Positions 54,657 through 63,088 of a stretch of 64,000 nt of DNA are shown in pieces. How positions within the stretch are numbered: position 1 is the first letter of the stretch; the number at the start of each line of letters is the position of its first letter. The position numbers and the translations under genes were made by a program. The DNA comes from a virus. Under the pieces are notes generated by a model. The model worked only from the letters and a program-made list of their open reading frames with translations. It had not been told where the DNA came from and made no database searches. The stretch is taken from IMG/VR virus record IMGVR_UViG_3300035137_000026, positions 133,731-197,730 of that record. One strand, written 5' to 3'.

Positions 54657-55855
54657 TAGTCTAACTCCACTAGATATTTAACAGTACACTGTTCTTCATT
54701 ATAAACAATGAACTCGTTGTTTCTTAAGTCTGCACCACCAAGAGCAGTAAGTGAATCATAGTTACCATGCTTCTTGAGGTTTTTATCTGTGAGGTTATAC
54801 ATCCAGTGTTCATGTTTCTTTTTGGTTAGGGTATTCCCCAAGTGAACATCATATAGAGCCATGAACCCCTTGTTGGATGAGCCTCTGGCCCAATAGGAAC
54901 CTCTACATGAGGTGTAGCCATAGCTCTTTCTTGCTTTATCGGCGAAGTATAATCCATAGCCAAACATCTTACCTGTTATGACAGCATTAGTAGGTCTAAG
55001 TATTAGTCCACCGTCTAAGATGTTCCACCAGTTTTCGTTTCTACTGCCGTGCCAGAACAATCTACGCTTCTTAACTTTTGCTTTCTTTACAAACTTATCG
55101 AAGCGTTCCTGTGTCCTTTTGTTAACAACCTTAAAGGCTCTTCTGAATTTGTGGGAAATCTCCCCAAGTTCTTTCTTGATAGTTCTAATATCATCTTCAT
55201 TGGCTGGTACGATTTCAAGTCCCATTGCCTCAAGGATAGTTTTCTTGTCCTCGGCTTTAGTAGTCTTCTTGACAGTGGCAACACGAACTTGGCCCTTAAG
55301 AATATCAAGAGTAGCCTGTTCGCTTACAATGAGGCTCTCTGCGTCATTCTTATCTCCATACCAGAGGTGACTTCGTACGTCTTTCATCCTCCTTGGGATT
55401 ACTTGGTATAGATCTAGTAATAGGTCATTGAAGTTTGATGCCGTGAGCTTCTTCTCGGTTAGAGTAGATAGCTTAGCTAGTTTATCTAGAAGCTTCTGTG
55501 CTTCCTCTACTTGCTTTTGAGTAACAGCATCAGAACTTATGGTGTAGTTAGCTTGAACAGATTTGTGGGCTAGTGCTTGTAACTCAGTTACAATTTGGTT
55601 AATGGCATTGTCACTAATAGTCTGAAAGTCTATGACATTTTTGTCTACCACACGTAGCTCGGTTACGTCTTTGTATCCCTTCGTGATTTTTGACTTAAGT
55701 AGGGAGTCCCATTTGCTTAATGGGTAGCGGGCATGTTGCTCAGTAGCATCCACACGGCCGTAGGTGACAGCAATCTCATTACCTTCTTGGACCATATTAT
55801 AGTACTTATTATTATTCCGGGCTGTCACCATTATTAGGTTTGCTATTTTTCCCAT
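54656..55855 (-). CDS. PARP-like ADP-ribosyltransferase (WGR + helical + catalytic)
   Basis: NNNKYYNM..YGRV (WGR-like), FWHGSR, GKMFGYGLYFAD, KSYGY, NNEFIVY: H-Y-E triad. Confidence 0.9.
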   Translation of the reverse strand: MGKIANLIMVTARNNNKYYNMVQEGNEIAVTYGRVDATEQHARYPLSKWDSLLKSKITKGYKDVTELRVVDKNVIDFQTISDNAINQIVTELQALAHKSVQANYTISSDAVTQKQVEEAQKLLDKLAKLSTLTEKKLTASNFNDLLLDLYQVIPRRMKDVRSHLWYGDKNDAESLIVSEQATLDILKGQVRVATVKKTTKAEDKKTILEAMGLEIVPANEDDIRTIKKELGEISHKFRRAFKVVNKRTQERFDKFVKKAKVKKRRLFWHGSRNENWWNILDGGLILRPTNAVITGKMFGYGLYFADKARKSYGYTSCRGSYWARGSSNKGFMALYDVHLGNTLTKKKHEHWMYNLTDKNLKKHGNYDSLTALGGADLRNNEFIVYNEEQCTVKYLVELD

Positions 55856-56164
55856 TCTTCTTCCTTCTAATCTATCTAATTAGAAAAGGTATACCAATTG
55901 GAATTCCGGCTGGTACTAGGATATACCATAAGATCCCGACGACAAAGACAGTAACCATCATCAGTATTGCCATCCCCAGAATGTACTGGTCTCGTCCGGT
56001 CCGAATCTTCCTTTCTTTGGTAATATATAATTATGTAGGACTCTTTGCTTTGGTATCTTATCGCTAGTTCAGAAGTACAGTTGGTATATGGCTTAAGGTA
56101 CCATAGTTAGCCCCACCCAAATGAGAGGGAGCAGCCAAGATAATATAAGGGAGGCTTTAATCAC
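55800..56164 (-). pseudogene. Decayed membrane-protein gene
   Basis: VIKASLILSWLLPLIWVGLTMVP*AIYQLYF*TSDK...; frameshift to LGMAILMMVTVFVVGILWYILVPAGIPIGIPFLIR*IRRK. Confidence 0.45.
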
Positions 56165-56507
56165 TTTGCTTCTCCTTTAGCTTTTTGCCATATAAATATC
56201 TTGCGAGTTTTACGCCTGTAACTATAAGGAGAGTAGGTATAGAAACTATCCAGGTAAAAAGTATGATTGCACCTATAAAGATAGATCCAAGTGCTATTGC
56301 CAAGTAATATTCGTCTTGATTACACCCATGATTACGTCCATGTGTTTTCTCTAGATCTTTTGTGAGAATAGACCAGAATATTCTTCTTGGTTTCTCTTGG
56401 TGTCTTATATAATGTGAGAGCCAGAAGATTAGCTCGCCAAGGAGGTATACAATAGAGGCAAGAGCAACTAGGCCAGCAAAGACGTATCCTACGATGAAGT
56501 ACCACAT
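56157..56507 (-). CDS. Membrane protein
   Basis: Two to three hydrophobic segments. Confidence 0.55.
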   Translation of the reverse strand: MWYFIVGYVFAGLVALASIVYLLGELIFWLSHYIRHQEKPRRIFWSILTKDLEKTHGRNHGCNQDEYYLAIALGSIFIGAIILFTWIVSIPTLLIVTGVKLARYLYGKKLKEKQSD

Positions 56508-56516
56508 GATATCTCA

Positions 56517-56843
56517 TTACATAAACTGTACAACAATCCACCCAAAGAAGACGGCGAAGAGTGGTTTAAGAGATAGGGTTATTAAGTTTGAAATTACTAA
56601 CTCTTTTTTCTCATCGTCTTTCTTTTTTGACTGGGTTGTTGCTGTGAAGTATCCAACAATAAGACTGAGGCCGATAGCTTGTAGAGTGCTAATTTTCTGT
56701 ATATTAAATATAGGTACAACAAACCATTCCCACAATATAGATAAAGCCCAACCGTTTAAAATAGCTGATATAATTATTGTGAGAGGAATTAGGAGTATAA
56801 TTCCAAGTAAAGCGAGTCCAGTATGGCTTGATTTAACTTGCAT
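56517..56843 (-). CDS. Membrane protein
   Basis: Three hydrophobic segments; LWEWFVVPIF...LQAIGL. Confidence 0.6.
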   Translation of the reverse strand: MQVKSSHTGLALLGIILLIPLTIIISAILNGWALSILWEWFVVPIFNIQKISTLQAIGLSLIVGYFTATTQSKKKDDEKKELVISNLITLSLKPLFAVFFGWIVVQFM

Positions 56844-56855
56844 CTAATTTACCTC

Positions 56856-57119
56856 TTATCTTTCTCCTAGTTCAACAAGTAAACTATGATCTATCATTCC
56901 GCTATGTACTTCAGCATGACAGTTGGCACATAGAAGAACACACTTTTCTATCTCGTTACGTATATCGTACCAGGTAGACTTCTCGCTGATGTTGAAGTCT
57001 TTCTCATGTGGATTGAGATGGTGGAAGTGTAGCGCTCGTAGGCATTTATTGTACCCGCAAAGGAGACAACCGCCGCCGAGGTGGGAGACGGCCGATTGTT
57101 TTAGGAACTCTTTCCTCAA
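56856..57119 (-). CDS. Short HNH endonuclease
   Basis: GGCLLCGYNKC..ALHFHH...CVLLCANCHAEVH; paralog of 62629..62979; possibly N-truncated. Confidence 0.8.
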   Translation of the reverse strand: MRKEFLKQSAVSHLGGGCLLCGYNKCLRALHFHHLNPHEKDFNISEKSTWYDIRNEIEKCVLLCANCHAEVHSGMIDHSLLVELGER

Positions 57120-57123
57120 ATAG

Positions 57124-58098
57124 CTACGCTGCTATGCGGGATACTTCTCTCATAGTCCTCTGAATCATCTTGTTGCCGCCGCCGAAGAGAGATGCTTCAA
57201 ATCTTTTAGCCTGGTGGTCTCCGCCTCGAGCTTTACGCTGATAGTTGGAGTACTCTACTACTGCGTTGTAGGCAGCCCATCCAGTACCAGCAACACCTGG
57301 AATGTCCTGTCCTGTGCCGTCATAATATAGCTGGCTGATATTGTCCCTGACGTTCTGCCGCATGGTCTCAGCCTTCTTGGTTATAAGGTGAGGTGGTGGC
57401 ATTGGAACGACCTTCTCAAGGACTTTATTCCACTGATTGGCTGTAAGTTGAGTTCTAACAGCTCCCTTAGCCCAGGCATCAAAGTCTTGAAAGCCCTTGT
57501 GGGCGATGCCTAGCACTCCCTTGGCCTGCTGGATCTTTTCCCTGAGGTTCTTAGTGTGGCGGACCTTTACGCCTTCTCCTGCCGCCTGGCGGAGAGCTAC
57601 CTGGGCGGTGTTAGCACACACGACCCTGATTGTGGTAAACACAACTCTTAGGGATGAGCTGCCGTCATGGCTATTATACAGGAACAGGTAGTGGTCTATT
57701 TTGTCCTGTGGAAGGATTTCTGTTTCGGATATCTTGCCCAGCAACCAGATCTTTTGGCCTCCATAAAGCGAACCAGCCGTGTGGTACCTCATGTCACCAT
57801 CTTCTACCAGGCTGTCCATGAAGTCAAATGCCTCTAGGTTCTGGATTGGCTGATACCTGTTGCCCACAATACCTAGGATCTGCTGATCAGCAGTTCTGAC
57901 TACGGCCTTATGAGTCGGAATAATTTGGCTGTGTATCTTGTCCTGGGATGCATAGATTTCCTGTTTCTCTACTTCCCAGTCTAGGCCAGCCTTGATGATT
58001 GCATCCTTGGATAGGAGTGGCTCGTCGCCAACATAGATGCCTAGGCCATGCCAAGGTGGCTTCTGGTTATACATCATTGTCTCTACTGCGTCTGTCAT
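57124..58098 (-). CDS. DUF932 / phage-plasmid LGT-associated protein
   Basis: PWHGLG...GLDWEV...VGNRYQPIQN.EAF...AGSLYGG...NSHDGS...IRVVCANT...GTGWAAYNAV.EY. Confidence 0.85.
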   Translation of the reverse strand: MTDAVETMMYNQKPPWHGLGIYVGDEPLLSKDAIIKAGLDWEVEKQEIYASQDKIHSQIIPTHKAVVRTADQQILGIVGNRYQPIQNLEAFDFMDSLVEDGDMRYHTAGSLYGGQKIWLLGKISETEILPQDKIDHYLFLYNSHDGSSSLRVVFTTIRVVCANTAQVALRQAAGEGVKVRHTKNLREKIQQAKGVLGIAHKGFQDFDAWAKGAVRTQLTANQWNKVLEKVVPMPPPHLITKKAETMRQNVRDNISQLYYDGTGQDIPGVAGTGWAAYNAVVEYSNYQRKARGGDHQAKRFEASLFGGGNKMIQRTMREVSRIAA

Positions 58099-58135
58099 TT
58101 TCTATTCCTTGTCTTTGATGGGAATCCATGTTGAT

Positions 58136-58219
58136 TGGAGGGTAGAGGATTTAAACCTTTGTAGGTTTTACCCTGCCACTACTTTCCAAGCGGGCCGATT
58201 ACCACTCTCGCGACCCTCC
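58136..58219 (-). tRNA. Degenerate (pseudo) tRNA-Ser(GGA)
   Basis: Perfect 7-bp acceptor GGAGGGT/ACCCTCC, long variable arm, loop TTGGAAA; two mismatches in the anticodon stem, T-loop TTTAAAT, one T-stem mismatch. Confidence 0.6.
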
Positions 58220-58277
58220 TAGTCAGAGAGGAACCACCAGTATAGGATAATGATTACTATCACTGTCCCAATTTCCA

Positions 58278-58856
58278 TTATTTGTCCTTCACTGCCGAGA
58301 AGTAGCACTCCCAACACACAGGCATATACTTCTCTTCTGCTCCAAGCTCGATAGAGGGGCCTTGTGTTGTGGGCTTGCCGTTGATTATCTTAAGGTTCTG
58401 TGTTGCTTTCCGAGTACAGCTAAGACATACTGTCTTGATTTCTTCAATCTTGTCTGCTACCTCAAAGAGCCTCTTAGCGGCTGGAAACAGCTCTGACTTA
58501 AAGTCAGCCTTGAGTCCAAAGCAGATGATTGGAATATCATACTCGGTTGATACACTCCTTAAATAATTCACCCACTTTATAGACAGGAACTGTGCCTCGT
58601 CTACTAGAATACAAGCGGTATTGTCAGGAATATCAAAGATATGTGGATCATCCTGCATCAGGATGTCAGCATTGCGCTCGATGCCAATCCTAGTCTTGAT
58701 TACACCGTAGCCAAATCGTGTATCCATCTCTGGCTTTAGGATAAGTACCTTTTTGTGCTGTAGCTCATAGTTGTGCGCTATGACCAATAGCTGTAGGGTC
58801 TTGCCTGATCCCATTGTCCCATATTTGAAATGCAATTTAGCCATCTGATTTGCCAT
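58278..58856 (-). CDS. tdk: Thymidine kinase
   Basis: YGTMGSGKT, DTRFG, ILVDEAQFL, FGLKADF, EEIKTVC..C, EEKYMPVCWEC. Confidence 0.95.
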   Translation of the reverse strand: MANQMAKLHFKYGTMGSGKTLQLLVIAHNYELQHKKVLILKPEMDTRFGYGVIKTRIGIERNADILMQDDPHIFDIPDNTACILVDEAQFLSIKWVNYLRSVSTEYDIPIICFGLKADFKSELFPAAKRLFEVADKIEEIKTVCLSCTRKATQNLKIINGKPTTQGPSIELGAEEKYMPVCWECYFSAVKDK

Positions 58857-59256
58857 CCTTGATTATAGCTGACATTGCTGCCTCAAGCTTAGTAGTTAGT
58901 CTGATGGCCATCTTTCTCTTAAATTCAGGACTGACTATTTTAAGCGATAGCTGTATGGCTTTCTGGCCTGTCTTGCTTTCATAGAATGCAATGAGGTTGT
59001 CTAGATCAGTGTCTGTATAGATTTCTTCACATTCTTCCAGTAACAGTCCGTTAATGGTCTTCTTTACTATGGGTGATATTATAGCCCTAGTGAAGACCGG
59101 CAGCTCATTGAGTTCTGTGCTGAACTGTGCTACTTCGTTGATGACTGTGTTGAGGCATTTCATCACCTTCTGCAGTTTTGCTTCTCTATCCATAATTTCT
59201 CCTCTGGTGTTATCCAGGCTACTGCTTTCGAGGCAGATGCAATACCATTCTGCCAA
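58837..59256 (-). CDS. Helical hypothetical protein (DUF2059-like)
   Basis: YTDTDLDNLIAFYESKTGQKA. Confidence 0.5.
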   Translation of the reverse strand: MAEWYCICLESSSLDNTRGEIMDREAKLQKVMKCLNTVINEVAQFSTELNELPVFTRAIISPIVKKTINGLLLEECEEIYTDTDLDNLIAFYESKTGQKAIQLSLKIVSPEFKRKMAIRLTTKLEAAMSAIIKDGKSDG

Positions 59257-59318
59257 CCCTCCATGGGCCTGGAGGCCCTTAAGATATGTTGTAAGCTCCT
59301 GTTCGGATGTCGCCGTAC

Positions 59319-59528
59319 CTATTGGGTGGCCGCAGCCAATACACTAGAAGCAACTGATCTCGCCGTTGTGTACCTCAACGGCACCGGCACCCCGAAATCA
59401 TAGTCTACTTCTCCGGCTGGATTAATGTTGGTTATGCGGTCGACAACCGTACAGTCTTGCAGTACGGATTCGACAAGGCCTTTAGCCCCGTACTTAGCAT
59501 AGATAAATTTGTCTAGTAGATTAGACAT
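59319..59528 (-). CDS. Hypothetical protein
   Basis: 69-aa ORF. Confidence 0.35.
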   Translation of the reverse strand: MSNLLDKFIYAKYGAKGLVESVLQDCTVVDRITNINPAGEVDYDFGVPVPLRYTTARSVASSVLAAATQ

Positions 59529-59841
59529 GCAGCAGGCAGGCGTAGCGATTGTCGTTCTGGATGTAGGACTTGGGCACTACTGTGGTACGGTGGACTGCAG
59601 ACACGGTTGTCTTTACGATTTTGGTGTGTGGCCACGGCAGGACTCGGCGCTCGTGTGCACGTGGAGCCTTTGCCATGGCTACCTTCAGGACTGTCTCTGA
59701 CTTCTCGCCCTCAAGCCGACGCTCCACTACATCTAGGACCTTAGCGGTTCGGCAGTAGATGTCACTCTTCTTACGAAGCGGGTAGGTGATGTAATCACCT
59801 GGCTGGATGATGTTACGGAACATGTCATACGCTGTCTTCAT
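59521..59841 (-). CDS. Hypothetical protein
   Basis: AYDMFRNIIQPGDYITYP-type phage protein. Confidence 0.55.
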   Translation of the reverse strand: MKTAYDMFRNIIQPGDYITYPLRKKSDIYCRTAKVLDVVERRLEGEKSETVLKVAMAKAPRAHERRVLPWPHTKIVKTTVSAVHRTTVVPKSYIQNDNRYACLLHV

Positions 59842-60142
59842 CTTCTTTCTCCTCTGCTTTTAGAAGCTTGGCTACTCTCTCAGTAGCCTTAGTTAGCCGG
59901 CCCATAGACCAGCCTAATTCTCTGGCAATGGGTGCCATGTATTTGTAATCATATCTGCTTTCTAGGTTAAGCTTCTCTTCTGTGATGAGTAATACAACTT
60001 CTGTATTATCATCTTCCTTCTTCATATCTCGCTTGGCTTGGACGCCCATCTCCATAATACTGCGGATGGATGTGCTCCCCTTTGGCTTTTTGGGCTTGCG
60101 AATGCTAGATTTGATTCTTCGTCTGCTCATACTGTTCCTCAT
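59825..60142 (-). CDS. Basic hypothetical protein with possible HTH
   Basis: IARELGWSMGRL. Confidence 0.5.
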   Translation of the reverse strand: MRNSMSRRRIKSSIRKPKKPKGSTSIRSIMEMGVQAKRDMKKEDDNTEVVLLITEEKLNLESRYDYKYMAPIARELGWSMGRLTKATERVAKLLKAEEKEDEDSV

Positions 60143-60165
60143 AAGTTGGTCTGTAGTGCTAACTC

Positions 60166-60200
60166 ACAATAGCACAACTACACATGAGGTCAAGTGCTAT
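60166..60200 (-). promoter_or_regulatory. Sigma70-like promoter bracketed by an inverted repeat
   Basis: TTGACC-16 nt-TATTGT with ATAGCAC...GTGCTAT arms flanking/overlapping it. Confidence 0.4.
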
Positions 60201-60272
60201 TTTCCTCCGACTTTTCTTCTCTCGGCAGCTTGCTGAAGGGCCTTATATGCTTCGGCCCAGTTAAGCAAGTTC

Positions 60273-60503
60273 TCAGCGTGGCCCTTCTCTGCGGCCTTCC
60301 TTCTTCTCCTGTGGTGGTTTAGGTGGTCTTGGATGGAGTGGTCCATCCCACCACCAGCCATCTGGCCAATATTTTTTATTAGGCCACAGCTCTATTACTA
60401 GTGGCTCTGTATCACTTAGATCATCGCCCCACCACCACTGCCAATCTGACGGTGGACGTGTTGGTGGCGGTCTTGGTTCTCTTGTCCACTTAGGCTGGCT
60501 CAT
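60273..60503 (-). CDS. Pro/Trp-rich hypothetical protein
   Basis: 76-aa ORF; a +1 frame continues with protein-like sequence to about 60195 (possible frameshift). Confidence 0.4.
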   Translation of the reverse strand: MSQPKWTREPRPPPTRPPSDWQWWWGDDLSDTEPLVIELWPNKKYWPDGWWWDGPLHPRPPKPPQEKKEGRREGPR

Positions 60504-60840
60504 AGACTATCTCTACTTCAGTTCTAGTGTAGCGGTCGATCCATTCTGAGCCACAGACAGTGCAGTAGCACTTCTGTTCAGCCTGTTGGACGTTGTAGGG
60601 ATTATCATGTGGCTCATTCGCTTCGACTGACCTTCCCTCGATTTTGCTGCTGCCACATTTTGGGCAGGTGAATGGCTTCTGTTTTGTCAAGGGTCTGGTA
60701 TGATTCTCTTTATAGAAGCTCTCCCAGTCTAGCTTGTTGGCTTCTTTTTGTATATCATCCCATATATACTGCAATAGGTCCCACCTTGAGCTGATGTCCA
60801 TCTGCTCTAAGAGGTCCCGAACATCAACATCCATTGTCAT
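60490..60840 (-). CDS. Zn-ribbon hypothetical protein
   Basis: CPKCGS...CTVCG; start at ATG 60840 overlapping the upstream TGA. Confidence 0.55.
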   Translation of the reverse strand: MTMDVDVRDLLEQMDISSRWDLLQYIWDDIQKEANKLDWESFYKENHTRPLTKQKPFTCPKCGSSKIEGRSVEANEPHDNPYNVQQAEQKCYCTVCGSEWIDRYTRTEVEIVYEPA

Positions 60841-61622
60841 TTGTACTGTGGCTTGCATCCAAACTTCTCCTCAAGGGCAATAACTAGCTTCTGCATGTCA
60901 GCCTTGTAAAATCCAGCACAATTAACACAGCCGCACTACATAATCTTCCATCTGTCGTTGGACAGGCAGATATCTAGCACAAATGCATCTGCTAGCTGGT
61001 AAATGTCTAGCATTTCCTCACAGAATTCGATAGCCTGTGGGTCTATCTCAGCCTTAAATAGTGGTCTTATGCCCTACTTATACTGGCTGGCTGTGACTAT
61101 CCGGCCATCTACAATCCAGAAGCGGAACTCTTTTTGTACTCTCTTGATTGGGGCTACCTGAATGAGTGTATCTGATGCGGGCTGGGAATGGTAGCTGCTG
61201 TCCATAGCATCCTGCTTGAAGGTTTGCCAGTCTATGATATTGAAGACCTGTCCGCTAAATAATTTAGTATCCTTAGTAGGGCGGATGAAATATGCTAGGT
61301 CAGGCCATGGGAAGTCCTCTCCAAACTGGTAGACTCTCGAGTCATAGTTAAGGAGGTTTCCTTGATAGTAGTTGCGGTAGACCACGAAGTTATGGTTTGG
61401 AGTCATGAGGGCTCCAGGAGACCAGTCGTATTTCTGGGCGAGCCGGGCCATTTTGAACCCGCCAAAACAGAAGACATCCTTGCGCTTAGTAGCAAACTCA
61501 AGCTCTTCTATGAATGGCCTCACCTTAACGATTTCGTATGGTAGTCCTAGACGGTCTAGTGCCTGTAATAGGTGAGTATAGCCGTCTTCCCTGAAGGTGT
61601 TCTCTTGGACAAGGTAAAACAT
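60837..61622 (-). pseudogene. ATP-grasp (R2K/DUF4343-like) gene with two in-frame TAG codons
   Basis: FIRP...EFRFWIVDGRIVTASQYK*GIRPLF...AFVLDICL...WKIM*CGCVNCAGFY...; TAG at 61074-61076 and 60936-60938; read-through stop forms ATGA with the next gene. Confidence 0.85.
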
Positions 61623-61822
61623 TAGGTAGACCTGTGTCTATTGACTCTTCTTACTAGCTGGGCTTCCATTGCAACCAGGCTTGACATCCCGTGTGCTTGT
61701 CCGACAGCATTACGTCCCTAGGAGGAACTTCTACCTCCCAGATCTCGGATTTTCTTCTGAGATATACGCTTACGCTCATGATCTTCTCGGCTTTATTGAT
61801 TTCTAGTTAAATGCAAACACAT
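61623..61822 (-). pseudogene. Frameshifted small gene remnant
   Basis: MCLHLT / EINKAEKIMSVSVYLRRKSEIWEVEVPPRDVML / VAMEAQLVRRV lie in three different frames. Confidence 0.35.
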
Positions 61823-61850
61823 CTTAATCTCCTGTTCTATTACGGGAGTA

Positions 61851-61922
61851 GGTGACCGACGGGATTCGAACCCATTCCTCTTGGGCCACAACCAAGTGTG
61901 CGAACCACTACACCACGGTCAC
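61851..61922 (-). tRNA. tRNA-His(GTG)
   Basis: Cloverleaf GTGACCG/CGGTCAC, anticodon arm CTTGG-TTGTGGC-CCAAG, TTCGAAT loop; no encoded CCA; position -1 is T, not G. Confidence 0.9.
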
Positions 61923-61949
61923 ATTGTACCAAATTAAGCTAGGGCCGCA

Positions 61950-62459
61950 CTAGGATACCTTGCTCTGCTGCTGTTGAATTGTCTGTTTGCATTCTGGATG
62001 CAAATCGTTGTGTTTCACGTAGTGGATACCATTAACGATCTTTGCTGTTCTCGCTTTGTCATCGCCGGTCTGGGTAATGATGATACCCTTGTATGGCTCC
62101 ACTAGTACACGGTCTTGTGTGCCTGGGTATGTAACCCAGAACAGGTTCTTGTTTCCGCAAGCCCGACATATAGCTGGCTCAAAATCCTTCTTCGGCCGGT
62201 TGAAGTGCATCACTGCGTACTGAAGCATCTCGTCAGCGGTAATCTGCTTGTATGTCTTACCAGGGTGGAATTCAATCTTTGTCTGTAGATCGAATACTCT
62301 GTCCTTCTCTCTGAAGATAGCAAACATTAGCTGCTTCTTAGGGTTCCATTTGTTTTTACCCCTAGTAAGGGTTGTATGCTTGTGCAGCTGATGGAATAGT
62401 GCCTTGTACTGCTTCTCTGTTACCTCGCACCATACTCTTACGTCGCTTTGCTTTATCAT
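61950..62459 (-). CDS. Hypothetical protein
   Basis: 169-aa ORF, CRAC...H...C motif. Confidence 0.55.
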   Translation of the reverse strand: MIKQSDVRVWCEVTEKQYKALFHQLHKHTTLTRGKNKWNPKKQLMFAIFREKDRVFDLQTKIEFHPGKTYKQITADEMLQYAVMHFNRPKKDFEPAICRACGNKNLFWVTYPGTQDRVLVEPYKGIIITQTGDDKARTAKIVNGIHYVKHNDLHPECKQTIQQQQSKVS

Positions 62460-62480
62460 TCCTTTTTTCCTTACCGTTAG

Positions 62481-62555
62481 TCGGGACGGGGAGGTTTGAA
62501 CTCCCGACCCCTAGTACCCAAAACCAGTGCGCTAGCCGGACTGCGCTACATCCCG
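62481..62555 (-). tRNA. tRNA-Pro(TGG)
   Basis: CGGGATG/CGTCCCG acceptor, CTGGT-TTTGGGT-ACTAG anticodon arm, GGGAG-TTCAAAC-CTCCC T-arm; no CCA. Confidence 0.92.
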
Positions 62556-62577
62556 ATTATATTTTCAAAAAACCTTG

Positions 62578-62652
62578 CGCCTCCTCTTGGATTCGAACCA
62601 AGGACTCTTCGCTTAACAGGCGAACGCTCTAACCTAACTGAGCTAAGGAGGC
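62578..62652 (-). tRNA. tRNA-Asn(GTT)
   Basis: GCCTCCT/AGGAGGC acceptor, TTCGC-CTGTTAA-GCGAA anticodon arm, CTTGG-TTCGAAT-CCAAG T-arm; no CCA. Confidence 0.93.
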
Positions 62653-62979
62653 CTCTTCTGCATGTATAATTGCGTGACAGTTAGCACAAACTAACATACA
62701 CTTTTTTGCTTCTTCTCTGAGTCGATCTATACCTTTGTTAGAGCTTGAAGAAATTCCGAATTCTTTCTCTTCTGGATTTCGGTGATGAAACCGTAGTGCT
62801 GCTGGATGTTCGCTGTATCCACATAGCTCGCATTTTCCTCCAAACTCCTCAATTAATTCTCGCTTTATTTTTCTCCTTCTACGATTTACTGCTTCGACTG
62901 CACACTTTGTACAACGAAATCCTCCACCTTTTCTAAGTTTATGTTCTGTGGGACCATGTATTCGGCATGTTCTTATCAT
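62629..62979 (-). CDS. HNH endonuclease whose 3' end overlaps tRNA-Asn
   Basis: CRIHG...CTKC; GGKCELCGY...ALRFHH...CMLVCANCHAIIH. Confidence 0.85.
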   Translation of the reverse strand: MIRTCRIHGPTEHKLRKGGGFRCTKCAVEAVNRRRRKIKRELIEEFGGKCELCGYSEHPAALRFHHRNPEEKEFGISSSSNKGIDRLREEAKKCMLVCANCHAIIHAEEASLAQLG

Positions 62980-63088
62980 GCCTTACAGGATAGCACAGGT
63001 TAACTTGAAAGGCTAACCTTAATTATTATGTGGATTATTTGGTTGGCCTAGAAGTTCCTCATCAGTGCCTATCTTGAGGTTTGTTACT

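Noticed and set aside
63020-63065. Amber-suppressor tRNA suggested by TTCTAGG
   Set aside because: The flanks do not form an anticodon stem or cloverleaf
63040-63075. Hammerhead ribozyme suggested by CUGAUGAG on the minus strand
   Set aside because: No stem II followed by GAAA and no cleavage-site triplet geometry
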